DNA of 64,000 bases from Saccostrea cucullata (GCF_032062105.1 NW_026933663.1:124001-188000); one strand, 5' to 3'; shown: positions 1 to 12,673, counted from the first letter of the stretch. Made by a program: numbers and translations. The notes: generated by a model from the sequence alone, not told the origin.

Positions 1-566
1 GCACTATAGTTTTCACATCAGGTACGGTATTATGACGGAACAATGTAGATAACAGTGATTTTTAATGATATTTTATGAGAAAGAAAACAGTATTCTATTT
101 TGTAAATAACAATAGGGAAAATTTATTTGACATATAGATATATAAGAATGGAAGAAAATTAAATTGCGATAGGATTGCGATGTACATGTAGGCCATTTGA
201 GGATAATAACTTGTAGACACATTATATAAATGAATAAATGTTACATTTGGAAAACGCATATCTATGTTTTATACTTTTCTTGCAAAATAAAAAGAAATGT
301 TACTGTTTTGTTTCAGACACTCACCTCTGTTTTTGTGACATGGCATGGAATAGGTTGTAAAATCGACTCCGAAGGTGGTACCAGAGAATCGCAGGAAAAC
401 AAGATGGTTTATCATGTTGATTTTCAACAGCCTTGGATGATAAAAAGACTTGAATCTAAGTCAGATTGTATGAATTCTTCTGATGAGAGTGAAAGTATTT
501 TGTTCACCACGGAAGACGTGAAAGATTTTGATATTCGAGTTTCATCAATCCTTACTGGAGGTATAT

Positions 567-880
567 ATTTATACCCTCCGAAAGAAAAAGCGGGAGGGTA
601 TATAGTAATCGTTATGTCCGTCCGCCCGTCTGTACGTCAGTCCGTCTGTCTTTTACGCTTTGGGGTACTAATCTCTTATCAGCAACTCCTCTCATACCAA
701 TGAGTGAAATTTGATGAAACTTTTACAGAATCTTTATTACATATTTCTATTGTGCACCTCCTATTTTACTTTTCGAACCGATACATATTTTGGGTTTCAC
801 ATACCAAAACATGGACACTGTCATTTTATACATATGGGAGGCGGGGGTATCATTAAGTGAGCTCATTGCTCACAGTACCT
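567..880 (+). mobile_element. Non-autonomous Helentron-associated (HINE/DINE-1-like) element
   Basis: Starts TTTATACCCTCC..GGAGGGTATA (short inverted repeat), has a GTCC/GTCT microsatellite at 616-650, and ends GGGGGTAT plus a GTGAGC..GCTCAC stem-loop. Confidence 0.6.
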
Positions 881-1553
881 CAAATCTAATCAATAAAAAG
901 AAAGCGATGAATTACAGTATCATTATCGTTTCAAAGGCAATTTTGATACGACTTTTGTGAAGAATTCTAGAATAAAAATTGACTGTAACCTGAATAGTAG
1001 TGATTTTGACTTGAAATAGTTTACATTTGAACAGTGCAATGACTTAAAAGATGGATAGATGCAAATGCAGTTAATTAATTTAATTAAATATCATTTCTTT
1101 TAAATATCGAAAGTTAATAAATTATTTTTTTTTCTTTATCGATGCCACATGTTTGCTAAAATTTAAACCAAAGACAATTTTTTTACGTATTATAAAAACA
1201 AAAATCTACACTCAATATATGAATATCCTGTGAGTCTTTTTTTGTAATCACAAAAAGTATATTTCCTCAAAATAATTTTATCTTTTTTTTTTTTTTTTTA
1301 ACATTTATTTCCATTAACATACAACGAATTTTGAGGCAAAACTTCCTCAGAAGCCCTCGGTTAATACCTCACCTGGGGTGCCAGGAGCTCCCTGGATCGG
1401 TATATTTTTCAATTTACAAAAGTTTACAATAGAGAAAAACCAGTATTTCATTTTCACAAAAAGACATAAATATTTCAGTAAAAAACATTTCATATTTAAT
1501 AGATATATAGATAAAATATCAATTTAATTACAACGTATATAGAAAAATAAAGA

Positions 1554-4500
1554 TTATAATTCGTCTGCTAACTTTTTCAAAAGATAGTAGTTAGATTTAA
1601 CACTTTTTGCACTCTTTGCTATTACATAATACTGATACAAAGACGATTTCAAAAAAAATAACATTGCATTTTGATTTACTATTTCGTTCTGCAACCTACA
1701 TTTCATTTTATATTTATATATTTTGTATCCCACAATTGATATGACATTATTAAAAATCAATGTTGTGTTATTGAACTCATTATAAAATCCTACAACAATA
1801 TGTTTCCAGGATAGATTTAAATTCAATATTTGAGATATTTTTTCCCATACTCCTTTTGAGTCCGTACATTCAAAATTTAAGTGTTTAATATATTCTACTT
1901 GTCCGCAAGATGTACAATTTTTTGCCACTTCTTTATTCCATTTACTAACATGATAATTACAATTCAGTTGGTTGTGTAAAAGTTTAGAATTGAATTCTGC
2001 TATCTGTTTATCGAAAATATTTAGTATCTTAGCTGTATAGATATCTTTCCATTGACCATTCATTATATTGAATTCTTTTGACCATTTAGTTTCCATTATT
2101 GATTTTTGTTTCTTTTTAGAAAGTAAAATTTTATAATAAAATCCCGATTTTTCAAATTTTGGGTTTATACTTTTCCCTTGAAAATAAAAATACGGGTTTT
2201 GTATATTAGTGTTCTTTACATTACAATAATCTATATGTAGTTTTTTAATCGCTTTTTTCATGATAAGATATTCACACAAGTAATTACTCTTTGATTCAAT
2301 GATCTCTTTTACTTCCGTAACATTTTTCATACCTTCTGTTGTAAACATATCTTTTACATATAAAATACCACTTTTTGCCCAATTTTTTAAGTATAATGGT
2401 TTGTTATTTTGTGTAATGAAACTATTAAACCATAGGTTTTCTGTTATTTTATTTCGTGGTGATGTTAACATTTTACACTCGTTAAAGCTACAGAAGATTT
2501 TTTTTATAAAAATTTGGGAATTTATTTAAAATATTGAAATCAGTCGGATTTTTTATATTGCTGCGTAGCAGATATTCAAAATTTATTCCATAAGATTTTA
2601 AAGCGTTATCTAGGAAAATTCTAAGTGAGGAATTTTTATTATATAGTCTTTTGATCCATCCGGCTTTTACGCTTCTTAGTTTGCATTCTATATCAATTAG
2701 ACCAAGACCGCCCTCGTTTATTGGTCTTACGAGTGAATTCCGCTTAATTCGCTCTCTCTTATACCATAAAAAATTTAAATAATTATATTTAAATTCTTAA
2801 TGTATTTAACATCTGGATTTTCAAGAACTGTGAATGCATATACTAATTTAGATACTATTAGTGAATTAATAACGGTACATTTTCCGAAAAGAGTTAAACT
2901 TCTAGTTCTCCATGAATCTAATATTTTTTCAAATTCCTTAAGCTTGTTTAGCCAATTTCTTTCATTATTAGATACTTTGTCATGTCCTAAGAAAATTCCA
3001 AATGATTTAATAGGTTTATTTGTCATTTTAATTCCTTCTACCTCTTCCCATGTGTTTTTAAGCGGCCCTAAGAGAATACCCTTTGTTTTTTCTAAATTTA
3101 ACTTTGTACCAGATATTTCCCCAAAAGATTTTATTACTTTAATAGATTCTTTTAAAGATTCCTGATTTTTCATTGGCAATGTGCAGTCATCTGCATGTTG
3201 CAAACATTTTATTTCGCTTGATTGTCCGATTTTGAAACCTTGTATATTTTCAGAAGCATTTATTTTTAACATCAGGATTTCAATAACAAAAAGAAAAAGC
3301 AATGCTGAGACGGGACACCCTTGTCGAATGCCTCTTGACATTGTACACTTTCTAGTTAACCAGTTATTATTTTTAACATGAAAATAAGGATTTGTGTATA
3401 AAATTTTGATCCATCGAAGGAAATTCTCTCCAAAGTTGAACCTTTTAAGAGTTTGAAACAAGAAAGTCCATTCAACTGAATCAAATGCCTTTTGAAAATC
3501 AGCAAACAATAATATTCCTTCCTCATTATTTTCTTCGCAATAATTGTATATATCCTGTATTAATCTTGCATTTTCACCGATAAATCTTCCCTTAATATAC
3601 CCCGTTTGATTATCATTAATGAGTTTGTCCATAATAGTTTGTAGTCTCTTTGCAAATACGAAAGCTAAAATCTTATAATCGCAATTTGTTAAACTAATAG
3701 GGCGATAGTTATCGAGATTTATCAAGCTTCCTTTTTTGTGTATGAGTGATAAAACAGAAGATCTTTGTGAAGAAGATAATTCGCCTTTCTCAAATGATCT
3801 CACTAGGCTTTCATATAAATAAAATTTTACATATTTCCAAAACATTTTGTAAAATTCCACGGGAATTCCGTCTAATCCCGGTGATTTTTTTAATTTCATA
3901 TTATAAGCGGCTTCTGCACATTCTTCAATTGTTATAACTTTATCGCAATTTTCTCTATCTACATCAGATAGGTAATTAGTAAGTTCGGTTTCTTGTAAAT
4001 ATCTTTTTACATCGTTAATTGATACATTGCTAGACGAGTATAGTTTCTCATAGTATGAACTAAGTGTATTTAAAATTTCTTCTGTTTCATATACACATTT
4101 ATCTCCTACCGATAATTTATTTATGACATTATGTGATTGGTGTTTATTTTCTAGTCTTAAAAAATAGGAGGTGTTTTTTTCACCGTCATCGATCCAACGC
4201 GCTTTGGATCTCACCCTTGCTCCTTTTGATTTATATGTATATAAATTGTCTAATTCTTTTTCCAATTGCTTTTTATGTAGCATATTTATTTCATTTGACT
4301 TAGACATTTCAATTTCTTCAATTTCCTTTTCTATTACTTTAATACGATTGTTTATGCTTTTGTTTTTCTTTTTTGAATATTCAATGCATAACTCTTTTAT
4401 TTCATATTTAATCATTTCCCAACGTATCTGTGGATCTGGTTGGTTATTAATATTTTCAGGCAGATTTTCGAAAAAGGTTTTGATAATGTTACAAAATTCA

Positions 4501-5273
4501 ACATCTTGTAAAATTGACGTATTCAATTTCCAAAAACCATTACCTCTTTCATTTTTTGAGAGGGTGCAGTAAAAAATAAAAGACCTATGGTCACTCATTC
4601 TAGTATTTGAAACATCTGGAGGTTTTCTAAGTAATATTTTTTCGACAGGATAACATAAATTCTCGGAAGTGAATATGTAATCAATTCTACTTTTAGGCTT
4701 ATTATTTGAATCACACCAAGTATTCCCTTCTTTTTCAGGATTAATTTTGTCCCATATGTCAATCAATCGAAATTTAAATTTTAAATCATTAATTATTTTT
4801 GAACATTTATTTTTTGCACTGTGTACTGAATTAAAATCCCCAACTAATATAATGTTTTGTTCATTTAAACAATATTGAGAAACGCATGAAGCAAGTTTTT
4901 TGAAAAATTTACATCTTTCATTTTCTGAATTTGGCGCATATATATTTACTAAATTTATAATGTTCTGTTCATACTCAATATTAATTAAAATTCTCCTTCC
5001 ATCATCTGATTTGTGTATGTTATGAACAATAATTGGTAAACTTTTATGAAATAATACAGATACCCCTCTACTATGGGAAGAGTTGGAAAAACAATGATAG
5101 CTTGAACCTTGCCATCTAGCATTGTAAATATTTTCTCTTTCAGTTATATAATGAGTTTCTTGTAGAAAAACTATTTTGCAATTAGTATCATTAAGCCAAT
5201 CATATAAAGCCTGTCTTTTAGAATAATCATTAAGCCCTCGGGCATTTAACGACAACAACTTTAACGATGACAT
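1554..5273 (-). CDS. LINE ORF2p (APE endonuclease, reverse transcriptase, C-terminal CCHC) interrupted by two compensating frameshifts
   Basis: APE motifs SLNARGL, LQETH, NIYAPN, VGDFN, RIDY, SDH. RT motifs KSPGLDG, YRPISL, DFQKAFD, GIRQGCP, HADD. C-terminal CTSC..H...EC. The segment 2775-2500 reads FLWYKRERIKRNSLVRPINEGGLGLID in a shifted frame (1-nt loss near 2775, 1-nt gain in the T run near 2500). Confidence 0.92.
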
Positions 5274-5322
5274 AAATAGAAGAGTTCTGTGTGTTCATAC
5301 ATCTTAACTTAGACAGTTACCG

Positions 5323-6501
5323 TTAACGTTTCCGTTGATCTCTTTTCCTGCTTTTTCTTAGATTTTCAGCGGCGCAACCAATTATCTCCCCCATCATGTT
5401 TTTCCCTGGCCAGGCCGTTGGTGATGTTTTGATTGTTTCTTCATAAGACAGGCCAGTTCCCCAGTATAGATCATAAACTGGGTGTCCAAAGAACACAGAC
5501 GGCTTAAAGGAGAGTAGTTCGTCTCTCATTTTTTCACACTGTTTTACCTTTTCTGCGATGATTTGTTCCATGACTCCCTTTTCCGTTTCCTTCCATTGAT
5601 CTGATTTTTGGACAAGATTGCCGATACGTTTTGCTTCTAGGGCAGTCTTAGCGTTACGAATGCGCTCAGCTGCACCTACATCACCTGATCTTAGTGCCTT
5701 CGCTGTTTGAAAGGCTTGTTCTGCCGACCTAAATGACTCTCCAAAGATCTTAATCTCACATGGGAAGAAATTTGACAATACATTGTTTTCTCCTTGAAAA
5801 GTTTCCAAATTTTTGGGTTTCACGGGAATGTAGAAATCGCAATCTTCAGATCCTGGTTTGTGCCCCGGTTTTTTGCATACTGCGCAGCACGTCTCGTTTT
5901 CACAATGGAATTTATTGTGCCCATTTTGCCAGCAATTGGTGCATGTGAGTGCTGGTTTGTCTATATGCTGATCTTGATGGTATAGTTTACATTTTAGCCC
6001 GGCACAATATACATTTCTGGGTAGGGTTGCGTTGGGTGGTAATGGATCTATGTATAGAAAACGATTTCCATTTAGAACACTTGTCATTCTTTTTGTTTCT
6101 GGATTTCTAATTTTCTCGTAGTACATTTTAGTTTTGGGTGTGACTTTAAGTTTAGACAACATTTCAAAAACGGCACTATCATCCACTGATAGAGGGAGGC
6201 CGCAGATTGTGACTTTTAGAGACTTATCGTCGGGAGCTTCAAGGCCTGTCGAATATGGATTTGAGTCATATACCTTGACATGTTGGTCTCCAATATCTAA
6301 GCCCTGCAGATTAATGCCATCCCTTCCCTCTTTAGTGTTCAAATAGATCCGCCACAAATCTCTATCTAATTGGATACACCGAATGGTGTCACCAACTACC
6401 TTTGAAGCGCATTGTACAAGCAGAAAATTAGTGACCTTGCCCTCTTTCGAGCCAAGTATTTCACTGTTCTTTAAATAGACCGGCTTTAAGACCTGTGCCA
6501 T
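5323..6501 (-). CDS. LINE ORF1p: RRM-like N-terminus, two zinc knuckles, C-terminal NADAR (YbiA-like) domain
   Basis: KVTICGLPLSVDD and LNGNRFLYI are Tx1/L1 ORF1-type motifs. Knuckles CTNCWQNGHNKFHC (5902-5943) and CAVCKKPGHKPGSEDC (5839-5886). NADAR motifs LSNFF, SAEQAFQTAKA, AKRIG, W..VM..K..Q, DLYWGTG, WPGKNMMG (about 5350-5805). Intact 392 aa. Confidence 0.9.
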   Translation of the reverse strand: MAQVLKPVYLKNSEILGSKEGKVTNFLLVQCASKVVGDTIRCIQLDRDLWRIYLNTKEGRDGINLQGLDIGDQHVKVYDSNPYSTGLEAPDDKSLKVTICGLPLSVDDSAVFEMLSKLKVTPKTKMYYEKIRNPETKRMTSVLNGNRFLYIDPLPPNATLPRNVYCAGLKCKLYHQDQHIDKPALTCTNCWQNGHNKFHCENETCCAVCKKPGHKPGSEDCDFYIPVKPKNLETFQGENNVLSNFFPCEIKIFGESFRSAEQAFQTAKALRSGDVGAAERIRNAKTALEAKRIGNLVQKSDQWKETEKGVMEQIIAEKVKQCEKMRDELLSFKPSVFFGHPVYDLYWGTGLSYEETIKTSPTAWPGKNMMGEIIGCAAENLRKSRKRDQRKR

Positions 6502-9500
6502 TGTTCGATGAACTCAATTCACTGATCTCTCACTCACCGAATTTCACACAATAAACTGATAAACAGGATATACAAAAAGCACATAAATCCAATCAAATAT
6601 TTCACAAATTTCACAAGAAAATATATCTATGTAGTCTTCTGTCCATATAGACCACAAAGAATTTCAAAATATGAAAATAAATCCACAGAACTCGATCAAA
6701 AAAGCGGAGCTCGAAAGGTAACGTCCATACCCTGTGAGCCCGTCACGTGATCTCAAAAAAATAATTTTATCTTAATTATTATTAATTTTATGCAAAAGAA
6801 TATAACTATCATCTACATTTATATTCTTAAAAATTATAACCCTCTGCTTGAACTTATATGCTTTTTCAAAATGTATTATTTTAGTAGAACACAAATATAG
6901 CTTAGGTTAGGAAGCAAAATTGGGAAAAAGAAATACACTTCAACTTGAAAAATCTATAAGCATCTAACGAATAATAGACTTTTATGTCATTAAGAGATAT
7001 CTATCTTATTAGAGTATCATTGACAAAGATAATACAGAGCAATACCGGTAATAAGAACTGATGATTATCTTAGTAAAACAGGTCAAATGCCCGTTGCATT
7101 AAAATAAGATGTCCCGAAAAGTTAATGATATAAACCTTGTTTATTTATTATCTTTTTTTATCTATTTGAATTGTTGCAATGTTTTAACTCAATTATTTAT
7201 TCTCCAATGTAAGTTAAAGTGCATGTTTATATTATTTCACAGTTATTTTTCACATTTTGAAAGACAGAGCAGTCCATGTTTCACCAGAAGAAGAATTTAC
7301 AGATTTATTGGTAATTTTTTCTCTTTAATTCATCATATTTTAGGAACGCAGTACAGCTGAGGCTGCATAAATGAGGCGGAGCCTGATTTTTACGGAAAAT
7401 ATAATTAATTACGCCACGAAAAATTAACTTTTTTTTCTTTCAGAAAACAATAAAATGCAAAGATATGCTCGTTATGTAATTTTTGTATCGTTTCAAACCA
7501 TCTTTGATGCCCTTGCATACTATACTTACTAGACAGCGAGGATTAAGTATTCAAACTAATAACTCCAGTCAGGTGTGGAGCAAAAATTAGATGTGGAATA
7601 AAATGTCATGTATTACAGAGCATTTTAAGGAGAAACCATATACACTTAAATCAATGTAAACAAAAATGGATAAGCAGTTTTCATTTTTTTTTCCAGGGAA
7701 AAAGAATACCGTTATATATGCACTTTCTTCCTGTGCAGTTATTAAAGGCTGGACGCTGGAATTTTCCTGGATCATACGTTACGGAAACATTAGAGAAAAT
7801 ATTTAATCAGCAATCAATACAATTTATCTTTGAAAAGGTAAGCTTTTAAAAATCTTTCTCCTTTCAAAACAGAGATAAAATATTTATTGTCAAGATGAAT
7901 TTAATTGACAAATATTTCTTGAAATTTCCATGCTTAAAAATTATTTCAAATTAAAAACCAAGTACAAGCTTGTATTCTAAAGTTGGTTCCTTAGATTAAG
8001 TCTATTTTTGTCAAGAAAAAGTTTTAGCCACAAACGATCGACATGTGAGTTGATTAGTTTGTCCTTTTGTACTTAACGGAAGTGATTTTTTTTGCACCAG
8101 GATCGACGTTGTGTGTATATGTTGTGTATGTTAGGTGGGGCGTGGTTAAGAAAGTACATGCGTAACAAACGTAAAACAATTAATAATTCATGTTAAGTTC
8201 ACTTAGCTCCTTTGTAGATGAATGCTCTGCTTAATTGTGCCTTTGTTGTTATTAGATAATCAATATTCCAGAATTTAGCAAGAAGGGTAAAAAGCGGTCA
8301 AAATAAATTTACAAAGATCTCGGTTCAATTTATGCACAAAATGGTCCTATAGACATACCAATTGATTGATTAACAATTGATGTTCCATTTGAAGCATTAA
8401 AATAAAATATAAACTTAGTGCTTTAATTTCGTATCAATTTTTTCTCTTAAATGTCCAGGTCTTGGAGAAGTGAACTTACATGTATGAAATTGCAATTTTC
8501 TTGAATTTTAAGTTAAGTAGGTACAGTGTACATGTATATATGAGTACTTTTACTGAAGAAAAATAATAAAAGCACACTCTCTGATCTTAAATATAAAACA
8601 TGTCTTGTAATTCTCAGAAACAGTTCTTCATTTCCTAGTTGCATGTTTTAGATCAGACGTTGCGCTCTATATTAAATAACAAAAAATATCTTTGAAAAAT
8701 AGCCGTTTTGTAGAATTTTTTAAGAATAGAAAATTGACGCATTTCGTGACGTCTTAATGCATCGACTAGCTAGAAAATTACGTCATTTTTAAAGATACGC
8801 AATAAACAAAGATCTACGTGTTAGTCAATGCGTTGTTAACTAAAACTTCAGTTTTTCAGAAATTCACCGGGCCAAAAAAAAGGCAAAGGTGAACCTTGTT
8901 CTTTCTCCATGCACCTTTTTTGCCATGTCTTTGACTTGGAACAAAATTTTGATTAGAGATAAAAAGCCCATCTATACATGTATTTCAATATTTAATGTTC
9001 AGAATATGGAAGAAGACTTTAAATTTGGATTGTTCGAAGACCTTAGAAAAACAACAGAATCCGCATATGAGCCTCCGAAGTATACTGGTAAATATTTACC
9101 TTAGAGTTAATAATTAACGGCTATTTATTACATGTTTATTAAAAATGCTTTAATAACAAGATCGCTGACCTCGAGGGATCTATGCAAATTTGTTTTGAGA
9201 AACAACTTTGAGTTCACTTTGATAATACTTTGACTAATTTTTAAGGGATTTTCTTGCATATGATTATGTGCATTAGGAAGATTCTAGACTATATATATTG
9301 TCGAAAAATTGAAAATCCTTTCGGCCAATTTTTATGGATTGCCGAAATTTAACAAAAATTACACGAACGTAATTTCCTGTATTCTCATAAAAACAAACGC
9401 AAATATACTCATAGTTTAATTGTTTTTGGAGGATCTTAACAAGTAGATGAAAGGTACCCATAAATTCCACGAAAATTAATCCATCAAGAAATTTAATGAT

Positions 9501-9774
9501 TCCACATAAATATGCATGTATACACAAATACTTATTATTTATCCCTGATGGAATGTTTTGTTTTCTTACAAAGAGGAAAAAAAGTTGGAAGTAGGCAAAG
9601 GCTGCAGCATATTGGACCTTGTGTTTTACGCTCTGCTACAAACAAAACATTTCGATGGAGCCAGACAGTTACTGGAAACAGGATGTGTAGGTTTCAGAAG
9701 AGAATAAATTTTTTATCATATAAATAATAATAAATCTTTTTCATACTAATATTTAATTATTCATACACCGACGG

Positions 9775-9965
9775 GACGACGGATTTATCTGTTATTTTCC
9801 GATCATGACAAAGAGCACACGAGGGTGTGAACGGTAGGCAGGGGATGCTCACTCTTCCATGGCACCTGATCTCAACTCTTATGTTTTAAATGTCCCAGAT
9901 TGCTCTGGTCCTGTTTTACATTGTTAAATGGACTTTTGATTTTGAATACAGTCTGTTCGCTCCAA
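9775..9965 (+). mobile_element. 3' fragment of the Penelope-like element (same family as 61580-62324)
   Basis: Matches 62124-62310 (GAGCACAC..GGTGTGA..GGCAGGGGATGCTCACTC..CCATGGCACCTGATC). Confidence 0.7.
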
Positions 9966-11634
9966 ATGTTTCTTTAAAGATTTCAAATTAAGCTAATTGG
10001 GGGAAGGGGGGGGGTGCATTTCTTCTGTATTGGTTGGGAACTCAATTTTTTTTTCGAAGACACACATTTTACATCCTATAAATGTATGTTTATTCAACCA
10101 ATGTCTTTATAACAGGTGGGGATAAAGCCAATTTTGATTGGTTGCAAGATTTTGAAGGATCTCAGCAAAGACTGGAAAGTAAGAATTTCAGAAGAGAAAG
10201 AATTACATAGATTAAGAAGGTAATTTTAAACTAAAATGAAATATCATCCAGTCCTTAGCCTCTCTCAAAATCTGCTTAAATTATGCATTTTATATGAAAA
10301 AGCAAGGGATATGTGTGAAGATCATCAAGCTTATTAACGAAATTCTGTTAAAGGAAGTTTGGTCGACATGCACTAGTTTCGGGCAACGATTATTTTTAAA
10401 AGTTAAGTCTTATTTCATAACGTTTTTGTCTTCATGCGCTTATTATCGGAAAAAAATTATAATTATTTATTAATCAGTATTAAATAAATCCTTTTCAGGA
10501 TGTTTGGTCGGCATGCACTAAGTATCATGAACTATATTCATGAAAGAGATGAGAGAGACAAACCGGACGAGCCGACAAGTATATCAGACAAAGTGATGAC
10601 GTTTCTTTTTAAGAAAAAGGATGACGTCAACAACGCGGGAAGATTACTTCTAAACCATGGTTATCTAGATGTTGCATACAAAACTGAGAATGAGTGGTTT
10701 TTGGAAAATCCACAGCTGAAAACTATCATAAAGGAGTTATGGAATGGAATGGGGTATACGAAAAATAGAGGTTACTTGGGGGTATATATATTAAAACTTT
10801 ATCAAATTTATAGTCCCCCTTCATTAACATTTTTAGTTATTTATTGTTAAACTTAAGCTTATGTAATGCATCGAACATAAAGAAAAAAATAACTAGTATG
10901 TATTGTGATTAACTAATTCAACATGTTGGATATATAGAAAATTGAAGATTTAATTAAAGCTATCGTTTTAAATAAAAAAGTAATTCACGACAATAAAATG
11001 TTTAAGACCATTTTTGATAAGGTGAATTAATTTTGCAGAAGCTAACAACATTTACTCTTTTTGTGCTCCATATTTTCCTTATGCCTCTACTGCTTGTCAA
11101 TCTTGACAGACCACCTTTAACATGGTAAATATTTCATTATTAGAGTATGTGATTTTCTAAACCATTTATAACTTTGTCAGCTGAAAATGATATCATTATT
11201 GATCTTTTTTTTAAACAAAATGTTGATTAATATAATCAAATGCCTTCTTCATAAAAAGGTTCTACAAGAAATACCACATCCCAATCCTGAAGTTATGGAT
11301 AAATATGGTAATTATAAAATTATGGTTATCATATAATTATGGAAGGTTCATGTTGATTTGTGAATTTTTCCTAAATCAATTAGTGCTGGTTATCTTCACT
11401 TTAATCATTAGTACATATTTTGTAAATTACATTGGTTTCTTTTATTCTCTACTAGGTTGGAGTTTTCTTTTTCCTCGGTGTGTTTGCGTACATGCTGTTG
11501 TTTGATTACAGCAAAGAAACAGTTTCACGCTCTGAATTAGCTGTCATTTTCTGGGTAGCTTGTAAATTTGTGGACGAATTAGAACAGGTATGACATTAAT
11601 TGATGTACCTTGCTAAGCATATCTCTCTAGATTT

Positions 11635-11926
11635 TCTTTTCACTTGCATGGAGACGCTACCACTTTTGTCCTATACTCGGCACTCAGGGCCATTAAGAAG
11701 GGATTGATCTAATTTGTGTCAGCTTCTACTGCGACACAGGGCCTCGGTTTATAGGGTTTTATCCGATATTTTTCGCACTAACACCTTTTGCTTACGGGAC
11801 CTCTGTTTAGACGGTCTCATCCAAAGGAAAGCTCTCTATGTCTCGTAGTGGATTCGAATCCACGATATAAGGATCAGCTCCTTTCTCCGACCAAAGAGCA
11901 GATGATCTAACCACTGCGCATCTCAG
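11635..11926 (-). mobile_element. tRNA-head SINE of the shared-body family (degenerate)
   Basis: Minus strand has A-box-like GCGCAGTGGTTAG and B-box-like GGATTCGAATCC, followed by GGATGAGACC and the AAACCGAGGCCC..CCTGAGTGCCGAG body. Confidence 0.6.
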
Positions 11927-12669
11927 GTCATTGGTAAATGTCATCTTTAACTGTCCAATTCTTGACTTATGATTTTCTCCATTAAGTGCAATTATTTTAC
12001 CCAATACTGTTTTTCTTTCATACTGATAGAGAAACCCAGTATTTGTAAACTATAAATCAGTTGAAATTAACCGTTTTCTTACAAAAGCTGTAACTTTCAG
12101 ATCATTGTTGCCATTGAAAGAAGGAAGACGAAACCTGACGCAATAAAAATCTACTTAGGAGATTTCTGGAATCGTTTGGATTGGTTAATTATCATTGTCT
12201 GTTCCTTGGGTGCCATTCTGAAATCATTTGACAATGCGTTGAAGGAGGATGCTGCCAAATTACTGTATATATCTGCTTACATTATCTTAAATGTTCGAAT
12301 TCTCAACATGTTTTGGACATCAGAGTTTCTTGGAACCCAACTTGTTATCATCCAGAAAATGGCAAGTTTTTCAAGTGTTTTATGAATAAATATGGTTAGA
12401 AGTTTTTTTGTATAGACATATTGATATAAATAATACTTGTTTCTCTTATGGAAAGTACCAATATTTTTTTGTTTATGTATTTATATTTTTTTTATATTAG
12501 TTTGGGAACACACTAGCATTTATGGCCATTGTACTGATTATTATGATGTGCTACAATGTGGTGGACTACGCCCTTCTGTTTCCAAACACCGAGTTTAGCT
12601 GGGAAGAAGTAGAGAATATTATGAAAAATGGATACTGGACTTTATATGGAGAGTTTGATGTCGATGTCG

Positions 12670-12673
<4 letters not shown>

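Larger units (their letters stand above)
1283..6757 (-). mobile_element. Full-length L1/Tx1-clade non-LTR retrotransposon
   Basis: Poly(A) tail (T run 1283-1299), AATAAA at 1304-1309 on -, TSD AAAATAATTTTATCT(T) at 1269-1283 and 6758-6772, target TT/AAGA matching the L1 endonuclease preference, ORF1 plus ORF2 (APE-RT-CCHC). Lies antisense in a TRPM intron. Confidence 0.95.

Noticed and set aside
230-703. 157-aa standalone ORF
   Set aside because: Composite of intron, probable exon 317-560 and read-through into a HINE element.
2800-4572. Plus-strand ORFs of 60-130 aa overlapping the LINE
   Set aside because: Antisense shadows of ORF2 with no recognisable motifs.
317-7310. Functional link between the NADAR-LINE and its host gene, since TRPM2 is ADP-ribose gated
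   Set aside because: The insertion is antisense and intronic at an ordinary TT/AAGA site, no NUDT9-H exon is visible, and the gene looks dead; probably coincidence.
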